DNA of 64,000 bases from an uncultured candidate division Zixibacteria bacterium (GCA_963735035.1 CAVTJJ010000004.1:704001-768000); one strand, 5' to 3'; shown: positions 1 through 11,393, counted from the stretch's first letter. Notes: a model not told the origin generated them from the letters alone. Made by a program: numbers and translations.

Positions 1-64
1 GTTTATTCATCCTAAGAACGCAAAGTAACGCGGGCTCTGCCATCGTAAACAGGTAGGAATACAA

Positions 65-760
65 ATGCCAACTTCCCCACATGTAGAAGCACATTTCACG
101 GCCACTGAAACCATTCGTGACATAGTAATCGGAATGTCGGACGGCCTGACAGTGCCGTTTGCCCTGGCCGCGGGACTGTCAAGCGCTCAGGCCTCGACGC
201 ACATTGTGGTGACCGCTGGGCTGGCGGAAATCGCGGCGGGCTCGATCGCTATGGGACTCGGCGGGTATCTGGCGGCGAAGACTGATCTGGAGCATTACAA
301 TTCTGAGCGGAAGAGAGAATTCGACGAGATCAGGGATGTCCCGGAGAAGGAAATCGAAGAAGTCCAGCAGATCTTCCTCGATTTCGGCATGACTGACGAA
401 GCTGCCAAACCGGTCGTTAGCGCGATCGCTGCTGAACCTTCGCGCTGGGTGGATTTCATGATGCGGTTCGAGTTGGGTTTGAGCGCCCCGGACCCGCGTC
501 GAGCCCGGCGTAGTGCGTTCACGATCGCGATGTCGTATATCGTCGGCGGATTGGTGCCGCTGGCCTCGTACATGGTGATTCCAAACGCTCAGGAGGCTTT
601 GTATTCATCTGTCGTGATAACCATTGCAGCGCTGTTTGTCTTTGGGTTCATGAAGGGACATTTCACGGGCTTGCGACCTATCAAAGGCGCTCTTCAGACA
701 ACATTCATTGGCGGTCTGGCCGCAGCGGCCGCTTTCTTGATTGCCCGCTTGATTGGCTGA
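65..760 (+). CDS. VIT1/CCC1 family Fe2+/Mn2+ transporter
   Basis: RDIVIGMSDGLTVPFALAAG and GSIAMGLGGYLA motifs; five TM segments. Confidence 0.92.
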   Translation: MPTSPHVEAHFTATETIRDIVIGMSDGLTVPFALAAGLSSAQASTHIVVTAGLAEIAAGSIAMGLGGYLAAKTDLEHYNSERKREFDEIRDVPEKEIEEVQQIFLDFGMTDEAAKPVVSAIAAEPSRWVDFMMRFELGLSAPDPRRARRSAFTIAMSYIVGGLVPLASYMVIPNAQEALYSSVVITIAALFVFGFMKGHFTGLRPIKGALQTTFIGGLAAAAAFLIARLIG

Positions 761-787
761 GGGAGCGACTGGTAGGGGAATATAGTT

Positions 788-3336
788 ATGAGTACTCAGA
801 CAAAGGCCGTGAGTGAGAACTTCTGGAGCCTGCCGTCCGAGAAAGTGCTGCTCAATCTCAAAACGTCTAAAGACGGGTTGACCGACGAAGAGGCTCAGTC
901 CCGATTATTGCGATTCGGACCAAACCGGCTTGGAACAAAGAAGAGTAGCGGGTTATTGGGGCTCCTGGTCAGTCAGTTCAAGAGCCCGATAATTCTTATA
1001 CTGATATTCGCCGCCGGCATCGCTTTCGTCCTGCACGACAAAACCGACGCTTTGATCATACTTGCCATCGTCCTGATAAGCGGGTTGCTGGGATTCTGGC
1101 AGGAACGGGGTGCGGCCAATGCGGTACAAAAGCTTCTCGCAATGGTGCAAATCAAGGCGCGTGTGCCTCGCAACGGCGCCGAGCATGAGATCAGCACCGA
1201 AGAACTAGTCCCCGGCGATATAGTGCTGTTTTTCAGCGGGGGACTTGATCCCGAGCGACTGCCTGTTGCTCGATTCTCACGATCTCTTCATTGATGAAGC
1301 CGCCCTGACCGGAGAAACGTTTCCTGTCGAGAAGACAGTCGGAGTGGTGGCGACCGACACTCCGCTGGCCAAGAGAACGAATGCTCTGTTCATGGGGACG
1401 CATGTTGTCAGTGGTTCAGCCAAGGCGGTCGTAGTGTCCACCGGCCGGGCCACGGAATTTGGGGCGATCTCCGAACAACTCAAGCTTCGTCCTCCGGAGA
1501 CGGATTTCGAAAGGGGTGTTCGTCGCTTTGGCTATCTGCTATCGGAAATCACGCTCATCCTCGTCATCGCGATCTTTGCCTTCAATATCTATTTCCAAAA
1601 GCCCATCTTGGATTCTCTGCTTTTCGCCCTGGCCCTGGCAGTCGGTTTGACCCCGCAGCTTCTCCCGGCTATCATAAGTATCAACCTGGCAACCGGCGCA
1701 AAACGGATGGCACAGCAGCATGTCATCGTAAAGCGCTTGGCGTCTATCGAGAACTTCGGAAGCATGAACGTGCTTTGTTCCGACAAGACCGGGACCTTGA
1801 CCGAGGGTGTGGCGTCGCTTCAATCAGCCGTTGACGTGAATGCACTGCCCAGTGAAAAGGTGTTGCTTGTACGCCTACGTCAATTCAAGCTTTGAGACCG
1901 GCTTTGTAAATCCGATCGACAAGGCCATCCGCAGTCACAAAGCTTTCGATCTGGGCGGCTGGACCAAACTCGACGAGATCCCTTACGATTTCATCCGCAA
2001 GCGTTTGACCGTACTGGCCTGCACCGGCGGCAAATGTCTGATGATAACGAAGGGCGCTCTGCCCAATGTTGTCCAGACGTGTACGTCCGTCGAAGAACCC
2101 GACGGGATCAAACCGCTGAATGACATTGTGCGACAGGCCATCCAACAGCAATTCGAGACGTTTGGCGGGAGCGGCTACCGGGTGTTGGGGGTGGCCTATC
2201 GTGAAATGGGTGGCAAGGATGCTATCATGTCGCACCATGAAGCGGACATGACCTTCCTGGGTTTTCTGGTATTCTTCGATCCACCCAAGGCGGGAGTTGC
2301 CAACACAATCAAGGAGCTTCGAAATCTGGGCGTCGAATTGAAGATTATCACCGGCGACAGCCGACTCGTGGTGACCAGTCTGAGCGAACAATTGGGGCTT
2401 AATCACCCGAACATTCTGGTCGGTGAGGAACTCAAGCATATTTCCGACGAAGCTTTAATGCGACGGGCGGTCGAGACGAACGTGTTCGCCGAAGTTGAGC
2501 CCAATCAGAAACTGCGAATCATCACGTCCCTCAAGAAGGCAGGGAAGGTGGTCGGATTTATCGGCGACGGCATCAATGATGCCTCGGCGCTTCACGCCGC
2601 CGATGTCGGCATTTCCGTGGACAGCGCCGTCGATGTGGCCAAGGAAGCGGCGGATATTGTGCTGCTCAAGCACGGTCTCGATGTCCTGACGGTTGGCGTC
2701 AAGCTGGGGCGGGAGACTTTTGCAAACACACTCAAGTATGTTTTCATGGCCACGAGCGCAAACTTTGGCAACATGTTCAGCATGGCCGGGGCATCGCTGT
2801 TTCTGCCGTTTCTGCCTCTGTTACCGAAGCAGATTCTACTCACAAACCTGCTGACCGATTTCCCGGAGATGGCTATCGCGACTGATAACGTCGATCCGGA
2901 ATTGGTCGAGAGCCCCCGCCGATGGGACATAAAATCGATACGTAATTTCATGCTGGTGTTTGGTCTGCTCAGCTCGGTCTTTGACTATTTGACATTTGGA
3001 GTGTTGCTGTTGGTACTCAAAGCGAGTCCGGAGCAATTCAGGACGGGTTGGTTTATCGAATCGGTTATCAGCGCGTCGCTGATTGTCTTGGTCATTCGGA
3101 GTCGGAAGCCGTTTTTCAGAAGCAAGCCGGGCCTGTGGTTGTCGATATCCACCGCCGCGCTGTTTGTTGTGACGCTTATACTGCCGTTCACTGTCGTTGG
3201 CAGATTGTTCCACTTCACGCCGCCGTCGCTGTCATTCCTGCTGATGATGGGTGCGATCGTAATTGCATATATAGTTTCGGCTGAGCTTCTCAAGCGTCTC
3301 TTCTACCGAAACTCAGCGCACCCCGGCTCGGCGTAG
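788..3336 (+). CDS. mgtA: Magnesium-translocating P-type ATPase, split over three ORFs by two +1 frameshifts (~1230, ~1868)
   Basis: LTGETFPVEK, DKTGTLT phosphorylation motif, TGD, GDGINDA, SANFGNMFS. Removing one T at each junction restores IVLFSAGDLIPSDC and VLLYAYVN. Confidence 0.88.
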
Positions 3337-3375
3337 CGACGACAGATTGTGTTGGCATCGGGCTGTGTGGCTTGA

Positions 3376-4575
3376 CTATTCGTAGCGGAGGGCGTCGATC
3401 ACATTGAGCCGGGCGGCGCGAAGGGCGGGGTAGAATCCGGCGCACGTGCCGACCCCCATGCAGATAAGAATACTGCAGCCAATCCAGAGCCAGGGGAGAA
3501 TCAGTTCGCCGCCGATAAGAGTCTTGTTGATGACTATGCCGCCGACTATTCCGAGGCAACCACCAAAGACCCCGAGCACGACCGACTCAATAAGGAATTG
3601 GAGCATGATCATCAACCGGCTGGCGCCGACCGCGCGGCGGACGCCGATTTCACGCGTGCGCTCAGTAACCGAAACGAGCATGACGTTCGCAATGCCGATT
3701 CCACCTACAAACAACGATACCAGCGCTATGATGATGATGAAGTTAGCCAGCTCGACGTTCGTTTCCTGAATGGTCGAAAGGAAGAAGTCCTGGCGGCGGA
3801 CACGGAAATCGTTCTCCTGGTCGGGGCGAAGGCGATGGTTGCGCCGAAGGATGGATTCAATATCGAACAGAGCTTCATCGTAGTCGGTAGATGAACGCAT
3901 CTGAGCCATGACGGTGTTGAGATAATCGACGCCAAAAAGTCGTTCCTGAGCGGTTGTCAGCGGGACATAGATCTGTTCGTCGGGGCTCGACCACGATTCT
4001 CCCTTGACCGGCAGCAAGCCGATTACGTCAAAGGTGTTTGATTTCAGGAGAATCTTCTTACCGATGGGATCTTCGTCGCCAAACAGGTCTTTGCGGACGG
4101 TGGCGCCGATCACACAGACGCGGGCACGCTCAAGCATTTCCTGATTGGTAAAGACACGGCCTTCGGCAGGTGCCACGTTGTTGACCGGGAAATATGCGGT
4201 GGTCGTGCCGGTCACGCGACTGCTGCGGTTCTTATCACGATATTCAGCGGGTGCGCCGCCGGAATAGGCCGGCACGGTTTGAACTATGACGCTGGACAGG
4301 TCTTCAATTTCCCGGGCGTCATCCCAGGTCAGACTGACGACATCGACATCAACGTGCACACCGTGCCCGTGGGCGAATTCGGGGCGGATAATCAAGACAT
4401 TCGGACCGAGCGCTTCCAAGCGTTCATTGATACGCCGCTTGGTCATTTCACCTAAAATGACGACATAGAGGACGGCCGCGATACCTACCGCGATGCCGAG
4501 CAGAGTCAGGCTCGACCGGAGCGGATTGGCTCTGAGGCTTTGCAGCCCCTGGGTGATATTCTCAAATATCTGCAT
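3376..4575 (-). CDS. MacB/FtsX-like ABC transporter permease (no fused ATPase)
   Basis: RSSLTLLGIAVG; VGGIGIANVMLVSVTERTREIGVRRAVGA; ends DALRYE. Confidence 0.92.
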   Translation of the reverse strand: MQIFENITQGLQSLRANPLRSSLTLLGIAVGIAAVLYVVILGEMTKRRINERLEALGPNVLIIRPEFAHGHGVHVDVDVVSLTWDDAREIEDLSSVIVQTVPAYSGGAPAEYRDKNRSSRVTGTTTAYFPVNNVAPAEGRVFTNQEMLERARVCVIGATVRKDLFGDEDPIGKKILLKSNTFDVIGLLPVKGESWSSPDEQIYVPLTTAQERLFGVDYLNTVMAQMRSSTDYDEALFDIESILRRNHRLRPDQENDFRVRRQDFFLSTIQETNVELANFIIIIALVSLFVGGIGIANVMLVSVTERTREIGVRRAVGASRLMIMLQFLIESVVLGVFGGCLGIVGGIVINKTLIGGELILPWLWIGCSILICMGVGTCAGFYPALRAARLNVIDALRYE

Positions 4576-4610
4576 GGTACTTTTGGGAGCAGTTTCCGTT
4601 CAGTTGCCGT

Positions 4611-5789
4611 CTAGTGACCACCGCCGGGAACATTACCAGTGCCGAAACCGCGTGAGCCCTTTATTTCCTGCTCCATCCGGTCGTTCTCGGCTTTCAAGCG
4701 CGAGGTCATGGGGACGCCCACGATATCGCCTTCGGCCAGACCGGATGCGATCACCGCCATCTCGGGATTCGTCAATCCGATTTCGATATCACGCGGCGCA
4801 AAAGAGTCATTCTGCTTCACGAAGACCTGGCGGTTGTTTCGCTTTGCTGCGGATTCACCCGGTTCGCTAAGCGCCACCATGGGAACAAGCAGGGCGTTGT
4901 CGTCCTTGGCGACGGTGACTTCGGCGTTGACATTCATACCCGACTTCAGCTTGCCGTCGGTGTTTTCAACTTCGATGATAATGTCGAACATGGTCACGTT
5001 CTGCAGGACGCGGGCTTCGGGGGCGATGCGGACAATCTTTCCAGTGAAAATAAGAGAAGGGTAGGCGTCGGCGACCACGGTCGCTTCCTGATCGACCCGG
5101 ACTTTGCCGACATCGATTTCATCAATACCGGCCTCGATATAGACCCGTCGCATATCGGCGATGTCGGCGATCTTGGTGCCGCCGCCGACATTGCTGATAC
5201 CTGAGGCGATGATCTGCCCGATTTCGACATATTTCTGAAGGATGACCCCGTCGATAGGCGAGGTAACAATCGTCTCATTCATGCGAGTGGTGGCCCGGTC
5301 CAGGGCTGTCTGAGCGCCCACCAGCTTGCCTTTGGCCTGCGCCAACTGAAGCGTGACCTGGTCGAATTCTTCCTGAGATATCAGATGTTTGTCAAAGAGC
5401 TGAACGCGTCGGTCATACGTATTTTGCGATTGCACGATTTCCGCCTGGGCAATTTCGAGGTCGGCCTGTGCCTGGTCCATGTCGGCTTTGACGTCGGTCT
5501 GGTCGAGCCGGCAGATGAGCGCGCCTTTCGAGACATAGTCACCGGCATTGATGGGAAGTTCTTCGACCCGTCCGCTGGCTTTCGATTTGATTTCAACGCG
5601 GTAAATAGGGGTGACGGAACCATCGGCTGAAACGACACTGGTGAAGGTCCCTCGCTTGACCGCGTATTCTTTGTAGCGAACTTGCTTTTCGGGGGAATCG
5701 CTGGAGCGACCGGTGCGATATACATATACGCTGATGGCGAACACTACCAGGAGGAGTATCGCCAGCAACTGCCATCGGAATCTCTTCAT
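4611..5789 (-). CDS. Efflux periplasmic adaptor subunit (MacA-like)
   Basis: N-terminal anchor, lipoyl halves flanking a coiled coil, SPIDG, DEID, LKSGM. Confidence 0.9.
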   Translation of the reverse strand: MKRFRWQLLAILLLVVFAISVYVYRTGRSSDSPEKQVRYKEYAVKRGTFTSVVSADGSVTPIYRVEIKSKASGRVEELPINAGDYVSKGALICRLDQTDVKADMDQAQADLEIAQAEIVQSQNTYDRRVQLFDKHLISQEEFDQVTLQLAQAKGKLVGAQTALDRATTRMNETIVTSPIDGVILQKYVEIGQIIASGISNVGGGTKIADIADMRRVYIEAGIDEIDVGKVRVDQEATVVADAYPSLIFTGKIVRIAPEARVLQNVTMFDIIIEVENTDGKLKSGMNVNAEVTVAKDDNALLVPMVALSEPGESAAKRNNRQVFVKQNDSFAPRDIEIGLTNPEMAVIASGLAEGDIVGVPMTSRLKAENDRMEQEIKGSRGFGTGNVPGGGH

Positions 5790-6248
5790 ACGTCTCTGTA
5801 TCCTTCTGGGTTGCCGTGGGGGCCACCACGAGCCGGAGAGAAATATATAGAGTGGAGCAGCCGGTGTCAGCAGGTTTTGCGGGGTAGTCTTGGGACTTCT
5901 TCATTTGTATCAATCTATAGCCCCCTTGTTGGTTATAAGAAACCTATTGCCAGCCACCCGAGAAGCTACTATCATCGCCCCATGAATGCCCATGTGCGCC
6001 GCAGTCCTGAATGTATCACCGTGCTTCGCGGCCGGGTATTCTTCGTTCCCTCCAATCCTCCCTATACCTGACGATATCACAACTAATTGTCCGTGAGGCA
6101 ATTTGAGCCGGGCTGGAATGTCCGAGTACCGAAGCGCCTGTTGACGCCAATCGGTCAGGACTGATTTCCGGCGTCACCGACATTGCAAGAGCTCGGTTGC
6201 CGTTGTAAGTGATATTTCGACAGTTTGTCTTTCACTAAGGAGGATTTG

Positions 6249-7535
6249 ATGTCTCAGGATTACCGTCAGATGTGGACTGAACTCGGTCTTGACCTGGATT
6301 CCCATGATGCTCTTCTCGGGGCTTTGGGGCAGGCTTATCAGGATATCTTCTTGTCTCAGAAGAACCGCCCCGAAGGAATGAAGTACTTTGATTTCGTAAT
6401 GAGCGAAGTGCACGGCCTGCGGGTGAAGGAGCTTATCGACGCCCAGAAGCAGGGACGAAAGGTCATCGGTTCGTTTTGCGTGTTTGTGCCCGAAGAACTA
6501 GTGCTGGCTGTCAATGGCATTTCTGTAGGGCTTTGTACCGGCGCCGAGTTTGGTTTCGAAAAGGCCGAACGGTATCTTCCCCGCAATACCTGTGCATTGA
6601 TTAAGGCGGCTTTCGGTTTCAAGCTGAGTAAAGTCTGTCCTTACGTCGAGACCGTTGATCTGCTGGTAGGTGAAAACACCTGCGATGGCAAGAAGAAAGC
6701 ATACGAGGTTCTCGGTACTCTGATTGACAACCTGTATGTGATGGATTTGCCACAGACCAAATCGACCGAAGGTCGGGCGCTTCTTAAGGCAGAGTATTCG
6801 AAGTTCCTGAAGACGCTCGAGGAGCTTTCTGGAAAGAAGATAGACGTGGCGGCGCTGAAGAGCGGGATCGAAATCGTCAATCGCAAGCGAGCGGCTTTGC
6901 ATCGTCTGGCCAAACTGCGCGGTTCTGCTCCGGCGGTGATCTCGGGACTGGATGCGCTGCTTATCAACCAAATTTCCTTCTATGATGATCCGGCGCGGTT
7001 CACCGATTCAGTCAGCAAACTGTGCGACGAGCTCGAAGGCAGAGTATCCTCGGGAACCGGCGTGTTTCCGAAAGGCCAACCTCGGATACTGCTCTCCGGT
7101 TGTCCCATGGCGGTGCCAAACTGGAAGGTTCCGTACATTATCGAAACCTCCGGCGCCGTGGTGGTAGGGGAGGAGTCATGTGTGGGCGAGCGTGGTTCGC
7201 GCAATCTCACGAACGTTGACGGAGCGACAGTCGATGAACTGCTCAACAACATTGTGGACAGATATTTCGAGATCGACTGCGCCGTGTTTACTCCGAACCA
7301 GTCTCGGCAGCAGCATATTCGACAGATGGCGGCCGACTACCGGGCCGATGGTGTCGTCCACTACTGTCTGCAGTTCTGCCAGCCGTATCAGATTGAAAGC
7401 GGCATGATCGAAAGCGCTCTCGAAAAGGACGGTCTTCCGGTGCTACGTCTGGATACCGATTACAGCATGGAAGATGTCGGCCAGATCAAGACTCGCGCCG
7501 AGGCGTTTATCGAGAGAATAGCGGCGCATAGATGA
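6249..7535 (+). CDS. Double-cubane-cluster-containing anaerobic reductase (2-hydroxyacyl-CoA dehydratase superfamily)
   Basis: N-terminus YRQMWTELGLDL...SQKNRPEGMKYFDFV; Cys motifs FCVFVP, RNTCALIK, TCDGKKK, EESCVGER, IDCA, FCQPY; TDYS...TRAEAF; AAGGAGG RBS before ATG 6249. Confidence 0.8.
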   Translation: MSQDYRQMWTELGLDLDSHDALLGALGQAYQDIFLSQKNRPEGMKYFDFVMSEVHGLRVKELIDAQKQGRKVIGSFCVFVPEELVLAVNGISVGLCTGAEFGFEKAERYLPRNTCALIKAAFGFKLSKVCPYVETVDLLVGENTCDGKKKAYEVLGTLIDNLYVMDLPQTKSTEGRALLKAEYSKFLKTLEELSGKKIDVAALKSGIEIVNRKRAALHRLAKLRGSAPAVISGLDALLINQISFYDDPARFTDSVSKLCDELEGRVSSGTGVFPKGQPRILLSGCPMAVPNWKVPYIIETSGAVVVGEESCVGERGSRNLTNVDGATVDELLNNIVDRYFEIDCAVFTPNQSRQQHIRQMAADYRADGVVHYCLQFCQPYQIESGMIESALEKDGLPVLRLDTDYSMEDVGQIKTRAEAFIERIAAHR

Positions 7536-8284
7536 TTTCAGCAGGTATCGATATAGGCTCCCGAACCGTAAAGCTGGCCGTCATATGCGACGGCCGGCTG
7601 GCCGATGTTCGCAAGCGAGAAAACGGGTTCGATGTTCTATCGGTCTGTCGCGAGTTGCTGGGCGATCTGGAGTACGACGTCCTGACAGCCACCGGCTACG
7701 GTAGACATCTGCTGGCCGGACATCTGGAATGCGGTGTCATCAGCGAAATCAAGGCCTTTGCTATCGGGGCTCGAAACATCTTTCCAACTTGTCGAACCAT
7801 TCTCGACATTGGCGGGCAGGATATCAAGACCATTGCCCTGGATGATGCGGGACAGGTGAGCAAGTTCGAGATGAACGACAAGTGCTCCGCCGGCACGGGG
7901 CGATTTCTGGAAATAATGGCGATGGCTTTGGGTTGTGACATGTCCGGATTCAGCAGCGCCGCTCTGCGCTCAACCGTTCCCGAAAAGATCACTTCCACCT
8001 GCACTGTGTTCGCTGAGTCGGAAGTCATTTCGATGCTTGCCCGTGGTGCTTCCCGGGAAGGCGTTGCTCTGGGGATACATCAATCAGTGATCAACCGGGC
8101 GATGTCGATGCTGAACCGAGTGACTGTTGCGGATGACGTTGTGTTTCTCGGCGGCGTTGCTTTCAACTCCTGTGCCCGACGCTTACTGACTGATGCTGTC
8201 GGCAGGCCTATATTTGTGCCCGACGATCCCCAGAGTACCGGAGCGCTGGGTTGCGCCCTGCACGGGGCTAGATCGCTCGCCTGA
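7532..8284 (+). CDS. ASKHA-type ATP-dependent activase (HgdC/BadF family, DCCP reductase-like)
   Basis: GIDIGS, TGYGR, DIGGQD, MNDKCSAGTGRFLE, CTVFAESE; ATGA overlap with upstream gene. Confidence 0.92.
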   Translation: MISAGIDIGSRTVKLAVICDGRLADVRKRENGFDVLSVCRELLGDLEYDVLTATGYGRHLLAGHLECGVISEIKAFAIGARNIFPTCRTILDIGGQDIKTIALDDAGQVSKFEMNDKCSAGTGRFLEIMAMALGCDMSGFSSAALRSTVPEKITSTCTVFAESEVISMLARGASREGVALGIHQSVINRAMSMLNRVTVADDVVFLGGVAFNSCARRLLTDAVGRPIFVPDDPQSTGALGCALHGARSLA

Positions 8285-8322
8285 GACGCCCGGCCTCAGC
8301 CGACCACTGCCACATGATACTC

Positions 8323-9231
8323 TCAGAGTGCTCCCATCCAATTACCGAACGTGTGAATGATGCCGGGGGCTACGATGCTTCCGGTTCGCAGCATAATATA
8401 ACCGAAAGCCAGGCTGGCCGGGATTATGACAAGACAGTCCAGTAGGGCCTGCTCGGGACTCAACCCGGACATAAATATCCGGTGTCCAAAGTGACCAAAC
8501 GCGAAGAATACTGAAGCCACGAGCCATCCCGAAGTCTTTCCGAGCCAACTCACCAGCCGCGTCTGGAGATAGCCGCGAAACGCGAATTCCTCGCCGAAGC
8601 CTACGATTGCGTACTGTAAGAACGACCAGAAATGGGTCGCGTTCCAGTCGACCGGAGTCGTCCTTTCGGAAAGAGTTGATACCAACGAGTACAATGCGAT
8701 TGACAAGCCGATCACCAGTGAGCCCGTCAAATTCTGTCGGTTGACACCGGCCGACGACAGAGATTCCTTTTGCCGGCGCAAGGCGATCAAGATCGGGAGC
8801 AGTACTAAGGCATAAATGAATAGCTGCCCGAAAACGCGTCCCGGCCCGGTCTTCACTTGTCCCGATGTTTCTGGTTGTCGAGTACTCTCGCCTTTGAGAA
8901 TAGTAGTGTCTGTGAACTTGAGGTCGGCTGTTTGTGAGTCGACAGCGCAACTACTATCCAATTGTACCGTCGCCACGCCGGACGAGTCGGACATTGAAGC
9001 TCTCTCGACACGGGCATTGTTGGCATTGTGGTTAAAGAGAATTACCGACGCCAGGATAAAGCCAATCACATTGGCCAACACGGCTACGGTAGCGCTCCGT
9101 CTGGGATTCTCGATGGGTATTGCGACCGGCCTCATCTTGAAGAGAAGAGACAAAACGAATACGGCCAACACGGCAATCGCGTTCAGTAAGAACTCGCTGC
9201 CCAACTTCGACCAGAATGGCGATATTTCCAT
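8323..9231 (-). CDS. CPBP (Abi/CAAX type II) intramembrane metalloprotease
   Basis: EEFAFRGYL, FFAFGH, H-x3-N (IIHTFGN); GAAGGAG RBS before ATG 9231. Confidence 0.85.
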   Translation of the reverse strand: MEISPFWSKLGSEFLLNAIAVLAVFVLSLLFKMRPVAIPIENPRRSATVAVLANVIGFILASVILFNHNANNARVERASMSDSSGVATVQLDSSCAVDSQTADLKFTDTTILKGESTRQPETSGQVKTGPGRVFGQLFIYALVLLPILIALRRQKESLSSAGVNRQNLTGSLVIGLSIALYSLVSTLSERTTPVDWNATHFWSFLQYAIVGFGEEFAFRGYLQTRLVSWLGKTSGWLVASVFFAFGHFGHRIFMSGLSPEQALLDCLVIIPASLAFGYIMLRTGSIVAPGIIHTFGNWMGAL

Positions 9232-9421
9232 TGATCGCGACTCCTTCAGAACCTGATTTGTGCTCTTAAGAACCCCACGCAATGAGCGCGCATAAGCAAA
9301 TGATAGCATTGCGGCCGGTCCTTGTCAAATGTTCCTCGCGCGACACTCCCCACTTGCGACCGAGGCGCTTGTTTGTTACCATTGCCCCGGCTGGAATATT
9401 ACTGAAAAGGAAAAACGCTCC

Positions 9422-11113
9422 ATGGCGGATAAGTTCATCTTCAACATGTACGGTGTTAACAAGTTCTACGGACAGAAACAGGTCCTCAAGGAAATCAATC
9501 TCGGCTTCTTTCCCGGCGTCAAAATAGGTATCGTCGGCGAAAACGGCTCCGGCAAGACCACGGTCCTGCGCATCATGGCCGGGGTCGATACCGAGTTCCA
9601 GGGCACCGCTTTCATCACCCCCGGCTACCGGGCCGGGATGCTGGAGCAGGAACCGAAACTGGACCCGTCGCTGACCGTCCTTGCGACCATCGAATCCGCC
9701 TTCGGCGAAACCAAGGCGCTGATCGACGAATACAACGCCCTCACCGAGAGTTTGGGCGATCCGATGGGCGACGACGAAATGCAGAAGGCGATGGACCGGA
9801 TGGGCGCGCTGCAGGACAAGATCGACGCCATCGATGGCTGGAATCTCGACCAGGCTTTGCGACTTGCCGCCGATGCCATGTGTTTGCCGGACGACGACCG
9901 CATAGTAGGCACTCTTTCCGGCGGTGAGCGGCGACGAGTGGCGCTATGCAAATTGCTGTTGGAACGTCCCGACTTGTTGCTTCTCGATGAGCCCACCAAC
10001 CATCTCGATCCCGAGACAGTCAACTGGCTCGAAGAGCAACTTCGAGTATATCCCGGGACGGTCATTGTCGTTACGCACGACCGCTATTTTCTGGACAATG
10101 TGACGAACTGGATCCTTGAGCTCGAAGGCGGCCAGGGGCTTCCGTGGGAAGGAAACTACACTTCCTGGCTGGAGCAGAAATTGACCAAACTGGCCAAGGC
10201 GGAAAAGGAAGATTCCTCCCGGGCGAAGATGCTGGCGCGGGAGCTGTCGTGGATTAAGATGACGCGCGACGATCGCCGCGAGATGGCGCGGGTGCGTATT
10301 CGCGAGTACGAACAGTTGGTGGCGCGAGAGACGGCGCGGCAGAAGGGGTCTGAGACGGTCATCCAGATAGCGCCCGGCCCGGATCTTGGCAATCAGGTGG
10401 TCGAGTTCAAGGATGTCACCATGGGATATGACGGCCAGAGCTTGTTCGAGGGAGTGGAGTTCAATGTCCCGCGCTCGGCGGTGGTTGGTCTGGTTGGTCC
10501 GAACGGCGCGGGCAAGACTACCATGTTCAAGATGATCCGGGGCGATCTCAAACCGGTCAGCGGCGAGATCGTGCAGGGCTCGACGGTTCGCCTCGTATAC
10601 ACCGATCAGGAACGGGAACTCCTCGACCAAGACAAGACGCTGATAGAAGAGATCGGCGGGGGGCTGGACGAAATCCCGATCGGCAATCGGGCGGTTCCGA
10701 TTCGTCAATATCTGGCGCAGTTCGGCTTCAAAGGCGCGTCGCAGCAGAAGAAAGCTTCTGAATTTTCCGGCGGCGAGCGCAACCGATGCCTGCTGGCGAA
10801 AGTGCTCAAAGTGGGCGGGAATCTACTGTTGCTCGACGAACCGACGAACGATCTCGATGTCAACACGCTCCGCATGCTCGAAGAGGCGATCCTCGATTTC
10901 TCCGGCTGTGTGATGGTTATCAGCCACGACCGGTTCTTCCTTGACCGCATCTGTACGCATCTGCTGGTGTTCGAGGGTGAGGGGAAGGTGCATTGGTATG
11001 AGGGGAATTTCTCGTCGTATCAGGAGTGGCGGCATCGCGAGCTGGGTGATCGATTATTCGAGAACCGCCGCAATCGGTATCGGACGATTGTGAAGGCCAA
11101 GACGGCGCGGTGA
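9422..11113 (+). CDS. ettA: Energy-dependent translational throttle protein EttA (ABC-F)
   Basis: Two ABC domains, FFPGVKIGIVGENGSGKT, LSGGERRRVALC, PWEGNYTSWLEQK, no TM segments. Confidence 0.9.
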   Translation: MADKFIFNMYGVNKFYGQKQVLKEINLGFFPGVKIGIVGENGSGKTTVLRIMAGVDTEFQGTAFITPGYRAGMLEQEPKLDPSLTVLATIESAFGETKALIDEYNALTESLGDPMGDDEMQKAMDRMGALQDKIDAIDGWNLDQALRLAADAMCLPDDDRIVGTLSGGERRRVALCKLLLERPDLLLLDEPTNHLDPETVNWLEEQLRVYPGTVIVVTHDRYFLDNVTNWILELEGGQGLPWEGNYTSWLEQKLTKLAKAEKEDSSRAKMLARELSWIKMTRDDRREMARVRIREYEQLVARETARQKGSETVIQIAPGPDLGNQVVEFKDVTMGYDGQSLFEGVEFNVPRSAVVGLVGPNGAGKTTMFKMIRGDLKPVSGEIVQGSTVRLVYTDQERELLDQDKTLIEEIGGGLDEIPIGNRAVPIRQYLAQFGFKGASQQKKASEFSGGERNRCLLAKVLKVGGNLLLLDEPTNDLDVNTLRMLEEAILDFSGCVMVISHDRFFLDRICTHLLVFEGEGKVHWYEGNFSSYQEWRHRELGDRLFENRRNRYRTIVKAKTAR

Positions 11114-11159
11114 GGTGACAGGCCGATTTGATAATTCTTGACCAAGCATACTCATGAAC

Positions 11160-11223
11160 ATGATCGGCAGGGTTCCAACCCTGCCGGTTCTATTTGCGGC
11201 AGGCACAGAGGCCTGCCGATCAT
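11160..11223. repeat. REP-like palindrome doublet (REPIN-like)
   Basis: ATGATCGGCAGG...CCTGCCGATCAT terminal inverted repeat enclosing two CGGCAGG-loop-CCTGCCG hairpins. Confidence 0.7.
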
Positions 11224-11393
11224 ATGTACGGCTGGCTCGGTGGCCCGGGTGCCTTCTGTCCCGACCCAGGGCAAGCCCTGGGGCACCGGGTGTGACTGTC
11301 CATCTCCACCCCACACACTAAAACCTTGACTCCATAGCGCCACCATTCCATTATCGGGCAGTTGGTCGGTAAAACGTCGAGGAGGTAAACGGT

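Noticed and set aside
5790..6248. Intergenic region as a hidden ABC ATPase remnant or ncRNA
   Set aside because: No Walker motifs in any listed ORF and no convincing structure
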